DNA of 63,988 bases, the filler included, from Sanchytrium tribonematis (Eukaryota): the NCBI GenBank assembly GCA_018985235.1. It is 8 parts of 8 records of this genome, joined end to end, with 100 filler letters (N's around TTAATTAATTAA, not from the genome) between each part and the next. Parts side by side here need not be neighbours in the genome. Positions count along the whole stretch, not along the records: positions 43,744 to 49,113 come from JADGIG010000614.1; positions 49,214 to 54,577 come from JADGIG010000615.1; positions 54,678 to 60,029 come from JADGIG010000616.1; 5 more parts are not named here. One strand, given 5' to 3'. Under the pieces are notes generated by a model. That model saw only the letters and a list, made by a program, of their open reading frames with translations. It had not been told where the DNA came from and searched no databases. This document shows positions 46,093 through 54,831 of the stretch, one piece after another (positions within the stretch are counted from its first letter, which is position 1; every line of letters begins with the position of its first letter). Both the position numbers and the translations under genes were made by a program.

Positions 46093-46650
46093 ATGAAGCG
46101 TTTTACTCATTTCATCGGGATTCCATTAAATGGATTATCTAAAGCATTCCATGACTCTCTTAAACATGAAATCAATCCTGATTGTGTCGTGCCACCTTCT
46201 AGATACCATTTAACTCTAAATTGTCTAAAATTACAATATCATGAGTTTGAGACTATTAAAGAGATTATACGTGAATGTGTGATGTATATAGAGCCATTTC
46301 ATACTCATATCAATTCAATTAATACATTTCATAAGCAAGACATGACTAATGTCGTATTTGCAAGAATTTTAGAGCAAGAAATGATTTTGACAATTTGTGA
46401 AAGAATTAATATTCGATTATATGAAAAGGGATTTATTAAAAAGAAAGATTTAATACTTCCAAAATTACACATGACTGTTATTAATGTGAAATATGGGGAT
46501 GGTCAAATGATATCCATGAGATCAATTGAAAAATACAAGAAATTTGATTTTGGAATTGCTCAAATTGACGAAATATCACTATTTCAAATGAAAAAAGCAA
46601 TCATTGATGGAGAATCTAGATATTTGAAAGAATTTACAGTCAAATTCTGA
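46093..46650 (+). CDS. 2H phosphoesterase (AKAP7/ASCC1-like domain)
   Basis: FTHFIGIPL, HLTL and HMTV motifs, FDFG. Confidence 0.85.
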   Translation: MKRFTHFIGIPLNGLSKAFHDSLKHEINPDCVVPPSRYHLTLNCLKLQYHEFETIKEIIRECVMYIEPFHTHINSINTFHKQDMTNVVFARILEQEMILTICERINIRLYEKGFIKKKDLILPKLHMTVINVKYGDGQMISMRSIEKYKKFDFGIAQIDEISLFQMKKAIIDGESRYLKEFTVKF

Positions 46651-46654
46651 TTTA

Positions 46655-47674
46655 TTATCGCCATCTGGGAATTTCTGTGGGATTCAATTTTGGACGTGGC
46701 TTCAAAACAGGCAATGTCACCTTATATTTCATCTTTTTAGACTTGTTTGTTGTTAATGTGGATATTTCAGATTCTAATTGCTTGCTAATAGTCTTTGTTT
46801 TATCGGATTCTTGAAAAGATGGCAAACGTGGTCGTTTCTTTTCTTGTTTCTCAACAAATGAGTGATTTTTGCCTTTATCCATGATTGTTTTGAGTAATTT
46901 AGGCTTCTCAATTGATTTGATACTATCTATTTCTTCAAATTGATCAAAATCTGGCTCCACTGAACTAGTGATTTTGACATCTAAAACGACATCTTTTTTT
47001 AATAAATCTAATGAAAATCTTGTCGATTCTGGGATGAGGTGCTTAGATTGTCTACCTGTCTTGTTTTTCAAGTCAACTTTGGATATTAAATTATCTTTGA
47101 AAAAGAGTTGGCAAGAAATGTCATTCACGGGGATTTGTTTTGGCACCAAAAAGCAAGCTGTTCGATTAAATGTTTTTAAATTCAATTGACGACATTCCTC
47201 ATTTAAAATTACTTTTAATACAATAGACTGGTCGATATTTAATGATTCAAATGCACATTTTATCAATATTTTATCATTAGAGATTTCCAATGGTTCCTGG
47301 ACTGATGCGACATATTCTACATAATTATTAGCATCTATTGTGATTTTACCCATCAACATGCTGTCAAATAACCCCATTAAATCAATACTTGTCTGTCCTA
47401 CAACTTCTTCAATCAAATATTGAGGGATAAATTCAGTCAAATCTGGTTTAGGTAGTCTTCTTTTCAATAATGATTTAAATGGGAGTGGTTCTTGTCTAAT
47501 ATCTGTGTATTTGACTACTTTTATAAGGACTTTTTCATTAAATTGAAAATTATCTTGACTACATCTTGCATATGAATAAAATAGCTTTAATGGTACTATT
47601 TTGTGATATTTGGGATGCTCAATGATTAGAGTATATTTGTTTCTCAAGAAATAATTGAATTCCCAATAAATCAT
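46655..47674 (-). CDS. Hypothetical protein with basic C-terminus
   Basis: 339-aa ATG-started ORF, no recognised motif. Confidence 0.55.
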   Translation of the reverse strand: MIYWEFNYFLRNKYTLIIEHPKYHKIVPLKLFYSYARCSQDNFQFNEKVLIKVVKYTDIRQEPLPFKSLLKRRLPKPDLTEFIPQYLIEEVVGQTSIDLMGLFDSMLMGKITIDANNYVEYVASVQEPLEISNDKILIKCAFESLNIDQSIVLKVILNEECRQLNLKTFNRTACFLVPKQIPVNDISCQLFFKDNLISKVDLKNKTGRQSKHLIPESTRFSLDLLKKDVVLDVKITSSVEPDFDQFEEIDSIKSIEKPKLLKTIMDKGKNHSFVEKQEKKRPRLPSFQESDKTKTISKQLESEISTLTTNKSKKMKYKVTLPVLKPRPKLNPTEIPRWR

Positions 47675-47696
47675 TGGGCCAAAATAAATTTGAAAA

Positions 47697-48248
47697 ATGG
47701 ATAATCCACTTTATTTGGAATATTTGGACTCATTTTTGAACGCAAATGATAAAAAGTATATCGATGATATTGATACTGCTAGAAAATTAGTATTTTATGG
47801 ATTTAGAGGCATTATAGAGCCACCAGTTGTTCCAATTGTAAAAACTGTAATTGTGAAGAAATTATTCACAAATAAAGATGCATTGGGTGTAGAATTGAGT
47901 AACAGAGAGTCTAAAATATTAGATGGAGATATGGATACTGTCATATTTGTAAAAATAAAGGACAAATCTGCATATATCGATTTACGAAGTAGAATTAAAA
48001 AGCGAAAGAGTGAATTGAAACCATGTAAATCTGACTTAGCATACATGAACTGGAGTAATAAATTCACGACATGCAATGATACAGAAACATTTCAAGCAGT
48101 TATGACTGAAGATGGCTTTTTTATTCGTCATATTGTGAAAAGATGGACTATTACGCCCTCAATAGGTGGCCAATTCATTAACAAGAGCGAATTAAAGATA
48201 CCTGGCTATGACAAGCTAGTTTTTTATGACTTAATTCATCAATTTTGA
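47697..48248 (+). CDS. Hypothetical protein
   Basis: 183-aa ORF, TTGAAA before ATG, AATAAA after stop. Confidence 0.55.
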   Translation: MDNPLYLEYLDSFLNANDKKYIDDIDTARKLVFYGFRGIIEPPVVPIVKTVIVKKLFTNKDALGVELSNRESKILDGDMDTVIFVKIKDKSAYIDLRSRIKKRKSELKPCKSDLAYMNWSNKFTTCNDTETFQAVMTEDGFFIRHIVKRWTITPSIGGQFINKSELKIPGYDKLVFYDLIHQF

Positions 48249-48272
48249 ATATTAATAAAATAATAATAAAAT

Positions 48273-48947
48273 TTATAAGAAATTTGACAAATAATTTCCT
48301 GTAGTCTCGAAATATTTCAATGCTGCAACATACGACATTGCAACTAGAGGCACACATACTCTTGTATGATTAACAAACGCATCTGAAGTCCAACTTCCTT
48401 GGTGATAATCATTTACATAAATTCGTAAAAATGCCACAAAAATTGAGTTCTCGTAAATTTTTCTAACTTTCTCGGCAAAACTAATTTTAACTGATAAATT
48501 TGATTCCTCTGCTTTTTCACCATAAATCTGACAAATCATATTGCTAAAACATTGCTCATACTCTTTGTGACTCAATTCAACTCCTCCCATGGTGAATCTA
48601 TCTCTTTCATTTATAGAAACGTCTATTCCTTGGTTGCTGTCTATCAAATTAACTAAGTCGATTAATTTACCTTTATATGAATGTGTGACCGATCGGGTAA
48701 GTTTTTTCTTATTAGATTTTGAAGAAAATTGAACGCAAGGTGCATTTTCACTTGGCAAAAGATTAAGAAATTTTTTTGTTGAATTTCTTCTTCGATCAAG
48801 TTTGTTCAATTTTGTTTTCCTAATCACTAAATAACTTATTGTTTGCTTTAATATTTTGATATTGACATCATTATAGGAAAATCCAACATTGTACTCATCA
48901 ATGAACATTTTAAATAATTTCTCTGTGCAAGCTGGTGAAATCCACAT
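48273..48947 (-). CDS. Hypothetical basic protein
   Basis: 224-aa ORF, no recognised motif. Confidence 0.45.
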   Translation of the reverse strand: MWISPACTEKLFKMFIDEYNVGFSYNDVNIKILKQTISYLVIRKTKLNKLDRRRNSTKKFLNLLPSENAPCVQFSSKSNKKKLTRSVTHSYKGKLIDLVNLIDSNQGIDVSINERDRFTMGGVELSHKEYEQCFSNMICQIYGEKAEESNLSVKISFAEKVRKIYENSIFVAFLRIYVNDYHQGSWTSDAFVNHTRVCVPLVAMSYVAALKYFETTGNYLSNFL

Positions 48948-48988
48948 TGAATGTTTAGTACATATTGATATAGATGACGGTTTAGACT

Positions 48989-49100
48989 AAGTCAAGTCGA
49001 GTCAAGTCGAAAAATAAATAATCTGCCTTAAGTCGAGTCTGACTTGACTTGACTTAAGTCGCTAACTGAGACCTTTTTAAGTCGAATTTTTTGACGACTT
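48989..49100. repeat. Cluster of direct and inverted RAGTC/GACTT pentamers at contig end
   Basis: AAGTC-AAGTC-GAGTC-AAGTC (48989-49008), AAGTC-GAGTC (49030-39), GACTT x3 (49041-55), AAGTC (49056, 49079), GACTT (49096). Confidence 0.8.
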
Positions 49101-49213
49101 TTATTAGTTAATANNNNNNNNNNNNNNNNNNNNNNNNNNNNNNNNNNNNNNNNNNNNTTAATTAATTAANNNNNNNNNNNNNNNNNNNNNNNNNNNNNNN
49201 NNNNNNNNNNNNN

Positions 49214-50806
49214 GAATATGATGAATTACAACCCAATTCATGGCTAGAAAAGATATGGCTAGACAAGGCATATAATATTTGGCGTGTTCCAATTATGATA
49301 AATGTGAATTGGTGGACTCGATTTAAAGATATTTATGACACTTCTAATCATGAATTGATTGATAATGGACCTTATACATCTGTACAATGTCAACGAGCAG
49401 CCAATATTTCATGGCATTTATTAAAAATGAATCAAATGATTAATAATGAAATAATCCCACCAGAAACCACTAAAAATGGACAACCTATGTGTATGAATCA
49501 ACTAAAATGTCTATTTCAAGCATATAGAACCCCTTTGAATCCTATTGATGAGACTAGAACTGTATTTCCAACCAATTCAGATTATTTTGTGGTTTTCATT
49601 GGAAATCAAATTTACAAGTCAACTATCCATGATTCATCAAATATTAGTGATTTAAAATCACAATTCACCAAAATCATCCAACATTATTCACAATTAAATG
49701 AGAAACAACCTCATTTAGGCATTTTAACTGCCATCGATCGATCTGATTGGTCCATTTTATATGCTCAATTAAATCATCAAAATCAACCCCCAATGGATAT
49801 TCTAAAGAATGCCCTATTTGCAGTTGCATTAGATGATCAATCTAATCCCCATTTCCATCATCAATTATTCCACAATCATGGTCAAAATAGATGGTTTGAT
49901 ATTGGATTACAAATCATTATTGATCCACTAGGCCGTGCTGGATGCAATGGAGAACATTCCCCATGTGATGCAGTCATCCCTGCTAGTATATTCGATGCCA
50001 TATTAAAACAAGAAACCAATGAAATCACCCCCATTTCAAATTATGCCAATTTTGATCATTTGCAATTTACAGTCAATCATACTATTCAACAAGCCATTCA
50101 TAAGCATACTGAGCAAGTCAAACAAACTGCCAACTATATGCAAGTTGAATTAATCCATTTTACGCAATATGGTGCTGAATTTATCAAATCTTCCAAATCC
50201 AGTCCTGATGCATTTATTCAATTGGTGTTGCAAATGGCCTATTATTTGACCCACAATCAAGTAGATGCGACTTATGAGAGTGCATCTACTAGATTATACA
50301 AGCATGGAAGAACAGAAACATGTCGATCATTAACCAATGAAATGAAATCATTTGTGAATCAATTTTACAAATTGCCAATGCCTCAAAGATGGTCATCCAC
50401 CAAAGTACCACTCACCAAACACATTGAACAACTCTCTAGATGTGCACAGGGTCATGGAATGGATAGATTATTCTTGGGATTAAAAGAAATGGCTATTTTA
50501 CACGCAAATGAATTATCTGCTTCAGAATATGAAATCATCACTAAATTTTACCAGGATGTGAATTATACCAAATCAAATACATTTTTATTGAGTACCAGCA
50601 ATGTATCACCCGGTACATGGCATTATGGTGGATTTGGACCTGTTGCAACAAATGGATATGGCGTTAATTATTCAATTGCAAATCAACAATTACGATTTAG
50701 TATTTCTGGATGGCAAGGGACTAGTGCCAATCCAATGAAATTAAAAGAGAATATTATCCAAGTATTGGGGGATTTTAAAGAGGCAGTTGAGAATGAAAAT
50801 AAATAG
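49214..50806 (+). CDS. Carnitine/choline O-acyltransferase, 5'-truncated
   Basis: NSWLEKIW, NRWFD, GEHSPCDA, SPDAFIQ, TYESASTRLYKHGRTE, LSTS, GFGPV...GYG. Confidence 0.95.
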   Translation, partial: EYDELQPNSWLEKIWLDKAYNIWRVPIMINVNWWTRFKDIYDTSNHELIDNGPYTSVQCQRAANISWHLLKMNQMINNEIIPPETTKNGQPMCMNQLKCLFQAYRTPLNPIDETRTVFPTNSDYFVVFIGNQIYKSTIHDSSNISDLKSQFTKIIQHYSQLNEKQPHLGILTAIDRSDWSILYAQLNHQNQPPMDILKNALFAVALDDQSNPHFHHQLFHNHGQNRWFDIGLQIIIDPLGRAGCNGEHSPCDAVIPASIFDAILKQETNEITPISNYANFDHLQFTVNHTIQQAIHKHTEQVKQTANYMQVELIHFTQYGAEFIKSSKSSPDAFIQLVLQMAYYLTHNQVDATYESASTRLYKHGRTETCRSLTNEMKSFVNQFYKLPMPQRWSSTKVPLTKHIEQLSRCAQGHGMDRLFLGLKEMAILHANELSASEYEIITKFYQDVNYTKSNTFLLSTSNVSPGTWHYGGFGPVATNGYGVNYSIANQQLRFSISGWQGTSANPMKLKENIIQVLGDFKEAVENENK

Positions 50807-50812
50807 TATTTA

Positions 50813-51763
50813 TTAGGGATTTGGTCTACTTCTTTTAGCAGTGGGTTCATCTGTGGATGATTCTTGATCATACAGCCATCTTATAAAATCATGGTCTGTA
50901 ATATAACCTATTCCATATCGAATTAATAAAGCAGTCATAGAATGATCATCCAATATGCGATTGAGTGACGATTTAGGATCATTACTAATATTACCAGCAA
51001 GATACATCCCATTCATTTGCATACTTTTAAGTTGTTTTTGTAATTTCTCATTTTTATATTGATGAACATATTCTAATAAATCATTAAACATCCAGATCCA
51101 CAAAGTACGTAATGTTTCATGGGGATAATTTGCAATTAATTGAGAAAAAAGATCTTTAAAAGAGGTTGATTCAATTTGATCATCACTTATTACGCGCACC
51201 CAATTCATTCTCAAGTTGACAATCTTATAAGTCACAAGACGCAATTTATACAAATCACTAAATCTCTTAGAAATCATCTCCTTCCAATCATTATAATACT
51301 CAACATTATTTGGCATATTTGAGAGGGAATTTAAAGTGGCTGATTCTCCACTTATGCGATGTTTATTACTCAACAATCGAAATAGCAATTCTAATACTTG
51401 ATTAATGGTTATTTGACTATAAATAAAAGCATTTACAAGTTCATTACCACTGTCTTTGATTTGATTCAAAAGTTGCAATAATGGATGTGCAGTATTTGAC
51501 TCTGAGAATAGAATGGGGCCATTATTACCTTTAATGGTTTGGTCTATCAAGGCATCAAACGTATTATTCCATATAGTGAGAGGCAATTGATGTGGAATCG
51601 TGGAATATTCTCGTACGAATAATTTAAATAAATCAAAAATTTGAGTATTCTCTATTATTTCAGTCGTTAAAGGATTCATGGATGGATTAAAGTTTGAATT
51701 AATTGGCAAAAACCGTAAAAATGCATTGATTATTAAAAGCATAAAAATCATGTTTGATCCCAT
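50813..51763 (-). CDS. Hypothetical protein with hydrophobic leader and NLS-like end (PTAKRSR)
   Basis: 316-aa ORF; start may be the second Met (MIFMLLIINA). Confidence 0.55.
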   Translation of the reverse strand: MGSNMIFMLLIINAFLRFLPINSNFNPSMNPLTTEIIENTQIFDLFKLFVREYSTIPHQLPLTIWNNTFDALIDQTIKGNNGPILFSESNTAHPLLQLLNQIKDSGNELVNAFIYSQITINQVLELLFRLLSNKHRISGESATLNSLSNMPNNVEYYNDWKEMISKRFSDLYKLRLVTYKIVNLRMNWVRVISDDQIESTSFKDLFSQLIANYPHETLRTLWIWMFNDLLEYVHQYKNEKLQKQLKSMQMNGMYLAGNISNDPKSSLNRILDDHSMTALLIRYGIGYITDHDFIRWLYDQESSTDEPTAKRSRPNP

Positions 51764-51884
51764 TTAGCAGGTGGGGATATTTGTGATTATTTGTGATCCA
51801 ATTTGAAATCAATTGATACGACCGAGTGACAATTCACAAAGATGCGCTAATGAAAAGAAGCTGAATGGGTTGTAAAAGCCACAC

Positions 51885-52629
51885 ATGTTTCTACTTCAAG
51901 GACAATTCATTTTGGGATATGTGGCAGGTATTTCACTGATATTCAATATACAGTATGGTCTACTATGTTTATTAAATATTCATTTATTAGGAAAGACGCG
52001 TATAAATGTTGTCATGTTTATATTAACCTTTTTCATGATCTTTTCAAATTTCTCAGTGATGATGCGTCCCAATTTATTTGAGGAGCCTGTATACTTTGTA
52101 TTATTTGAAATTGGGACGACATTAGAATCAGTCATCATAACGGCGTATACTCCCATTAAATTTAGAGGACTTTTACCAAAATGGATGAAATTTTTATCAT
52201 TTTTGTGTATTTCATTAATTGCTACGACAGGTGCTTGTTTAAGTAGTTCATATTCATTAGCGTATATGGATTATATTGAAATAGCGTATATTATTGGATG
52301 TATGATTCAGGGAATCATCATTTTATTTTGGTGTCAAAAATTATATTTGAAAATATTCAAAAATCAAGGTGGCAAAAGAGATGTGAAGCAGCAAAGATTA
52401 CGACAAATTAGTATTATGACTACAATTGTCACATTTTTTAGTAGTGTCATCTAGCACCTTGTTGAGTGTCTTGGGAGGAACTTCTTATTTTATTTGTCAA
52501 ATTGCCATTTTGTCATTTGCTGCAGTGTATTGTGCATTAATGGATTTTGTGATTGATTTGAATAAAAAATTGGAAAGTAAGACAGTAGTAATAATGAGTC
52601 ATGCATTTGACTTGTTAATAGCAGCGTGA
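51885..52629 (+). pseudogene. About 7-TM membrane protein split by a one-base frameshift (or sequencing error) in the T6 run at 52434-52439
   Basis: Deleting one T joins ORFs 51885 and 52426 into a continuous hydrophobic protein like 28772-29515. Confidence 0.55.
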
Positions 52630-52742
52630 TTTGAATAAATGACTTTCAGAACATTCAGAAATTCTTGATTTATTTGATTGGACACAGTGTCTATTAATAG
52701 ACTTCAAGCTACATAAAAAGCAGAGCAAGTCCACCTGTATCA

Positions 52743-53399
52743 ATGATCTTCTCATTACCCATGTCTGCTTTCCCACAAAGTGCTCCAACTACACAAATGA
52801 TCAATTCACGCAGAACTGAAGAAAATGGAGTTGTCACTGTCATCCATCGCACTATTACGTGCTCAGTAGCCAATAGTCAATTAAAATGTGCTGCAACTGG
52901 CTCTGATCTCACTAGTGCACCAGCTAAAGCCATCAACATCAAATCATTCGTTCCAGCCAATTTAGATTTCCATGGCAATGATATCTGTCTAGTCAGCACT
53001 ACAAATGTACTAGCATGTGGTTCACAACCCAATTTAGTAGCCAATGCACCCGTCACAGTGGCCCAAATCAATGTTCCAAATGTCACAGCTTTGAGAATGG
53101 CAGTTTGGTGGCCATTTATGTGTGTCAGAAATACACAATCACAAGTATTATGTAGTCAAATTGACTTTACAAAATCACAAACATGGACTACAATGACCAA
53201 TTTGAAGAATATTGATTCGATTAAAATTAGAAATGGAGCTATTTGTGGGCATGTTGCCAATACAGATGAAAGTGCTTACGAGTGCATTCAGATTGGTACT
53301 AAAGAGACTGCATTGAAGAATGGAAAGAGTACTTTTATATTTGATCCAAAATTGGGTGCAGCAGAGACAGAATCAGTAACTTTAAATATGCCGAAATAA
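52743..53399 (+). CDS. Putative secreted Cys-patterned beta-repeat protein
   Basis: PANLDFHGNDICLV...LACG and WPFMCV; paralog of 34087 and 54151. Confidence 0.75.
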   Translation: MIFSLPMSAFPQSAPTTQMINSRRTEENGVVTVIHRTITCSVANSQLKCAATGSDLTSAPAKAINIKSFVPANLDFHGNDICLVSTTNVLACGSQPNLVANAPVTVAQINVPNVTALRMAVWWPFMCVRNTQSQVLCSQIDFTKSQTWTTMTNLKNIDSIKIRNGAICGHVANTDESAYECIQIGTKETALKNGKSTFIFDPKLGAAETESVTLNMPK

Positions 53400-53574
53400 A
53401 TTACTTTGAATCAATTTAACAATTTAACCCAACACATGATTGCCTGCTAGATAAGAGAGGTTGTCATCACATGTTCATTTTAATGGCAGTTCATTGGTTC
53501 GATGATGCTATTTTTAAATCACACGGTCTTCACATGATGTCATAAATAAATGACAGATCCCAAATGACATCATC

Positions 53575-53943
53575 ATGTTTATTGTCAGTGTATTTTGTAT
53601 TCCTTTGCCAACAGTAGGTCCATTTACAGAAGTTCCAACAATGTTCGTAACTGCAAAATTGCCAGCGCCACCTAAAGTGTATCAAAATTTTTTTTCTACA
53701 GCTAGCAAAAGTCCCAGAACGCCTCACCTACCTAGCGTAACAAATCCATCTTCACAAACCGGATTAAATGAAGTAGTACATGGATTAAATTTAGAAACTG
53801 ATAAAACTGATAAAGTTAAAATTTCTTCCAAGTCTTTAAATGGTCGTGCCACTCTCGCCAGTCGTGTCGGATCTCATTTGCCAACTATTCCTGAACCAAG
53901 AGCCTTGACCAGGACATCTAGAACTTCCAGGTTGTCTCATTAA
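53575..53943 (+). CDS. Small Ser/Thr/Pro-rich putative secreted protein
   Basis: MFIVSVFC leader; TATA-like box 34 nt upstream; AATAAA downstream. Confidence 0.5.
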   Translation: MFIVSVFCIPLPTVGPFTEVPTMFVTAKLPAPPKVYQNFFSTASKSPRTPHLPSVTNPSSQTGLNEVVHGLNLETDKTDKVKISSKSLNGRATLASRVGSHLPTIPEPRALTRTSRTSRLSH

Positions 53944-54150
53944 CATGTATTGACATTTTATTAATAAATTAATTTTGCATATTTTCACCTGCATCAGAAT
54001 TGCCATCATCATTTATCTTGATTATGATCCATTGGACAGCAGATCTGTCATCAGATCTTGAGTTTTATTTTGATTGGCAATTAGATGATATTCAGGTCTG
54101 AATGTCTTGAATCACATTATAAATAGAGAGCATGCGTCTTCTCATTAGAA

Positions 54151-54577
54151 ATGATTTTGGCATCTACCATCTTCTCTATTCCGCAAGCAGCACCAGTTAC
54201 CCCAGCAGTACCAGCATCAGTTGATTTTGCAACAACTACTAAAGTCGCTTCATTTTCATCTACAAAGGGTGTCTATACAGTCACTCATGGAGATGTGACA
54301 TGCACCATTGCTACAAATGAATTGAAATGTGGTGCAAAAGATGCAGATTTATCAAAAGCAGCTGCAAAAACATTCAGTTCTGACATTGTCCCCGTGTCTC
54401 TTGATTTTAGACAAAAATCAATTTGTGTCGTGGGTACTGCAGGGAACATCGTATGTGGGGATCAAACTAGTCTTGTTGATGATGCTGCATTTACTGTTGC
54501 ACCAATAAGTGGAAAAGATGTGACAGATATTCGATTAGCAGTTTATTGGCCATTTATGTGCGTGAAAACCAATGCAG
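54151..54577 (+). CDS. Putative secreted Cys-patterned beta-repeat protein, 3'-truncated
   Basis: PVSLDFRQKSICVV...IVCG and YWPFMCV. Confidence 0.75.
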
Positions 54578-54677
54578 NNNNNNNNNNNNNNNNNNNNNNN
54601 NNNNNNNNNNNNNNNNNNNNNTTAATTAATTAANNNNNNNNNNNNNNNNNNNNNNNNNNNNNNNNNNNNNNNNNNNN

Positions 54678-54807
54678 CTAACATTGTAGGATCAACTGCA
54701 TCGGCATCTTTTTTTATAATAAGACTCGATGACAATCCTCCCACAAATATTAGGCTTTCATTAGCGGATATATCACTTAAATAATCGACTTGGCCTATTT
54801 TAAACAT
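54678..54807 (-). CDS. 5' fragment of an unidentified gene
   Basis: ATG-started frame open to the contig edge, 24 nt after the eIF3a stop. Confidence 0.4.
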
Positions 54808-54831
54808 TTGACAGTAAAGTTTTAAGGAGAT

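Noticed and set aside
48989..49100. CRISPR array or telomere
   Set aside because: Pentamers in mixed orientation, no spacers, no G-rich tandem tract
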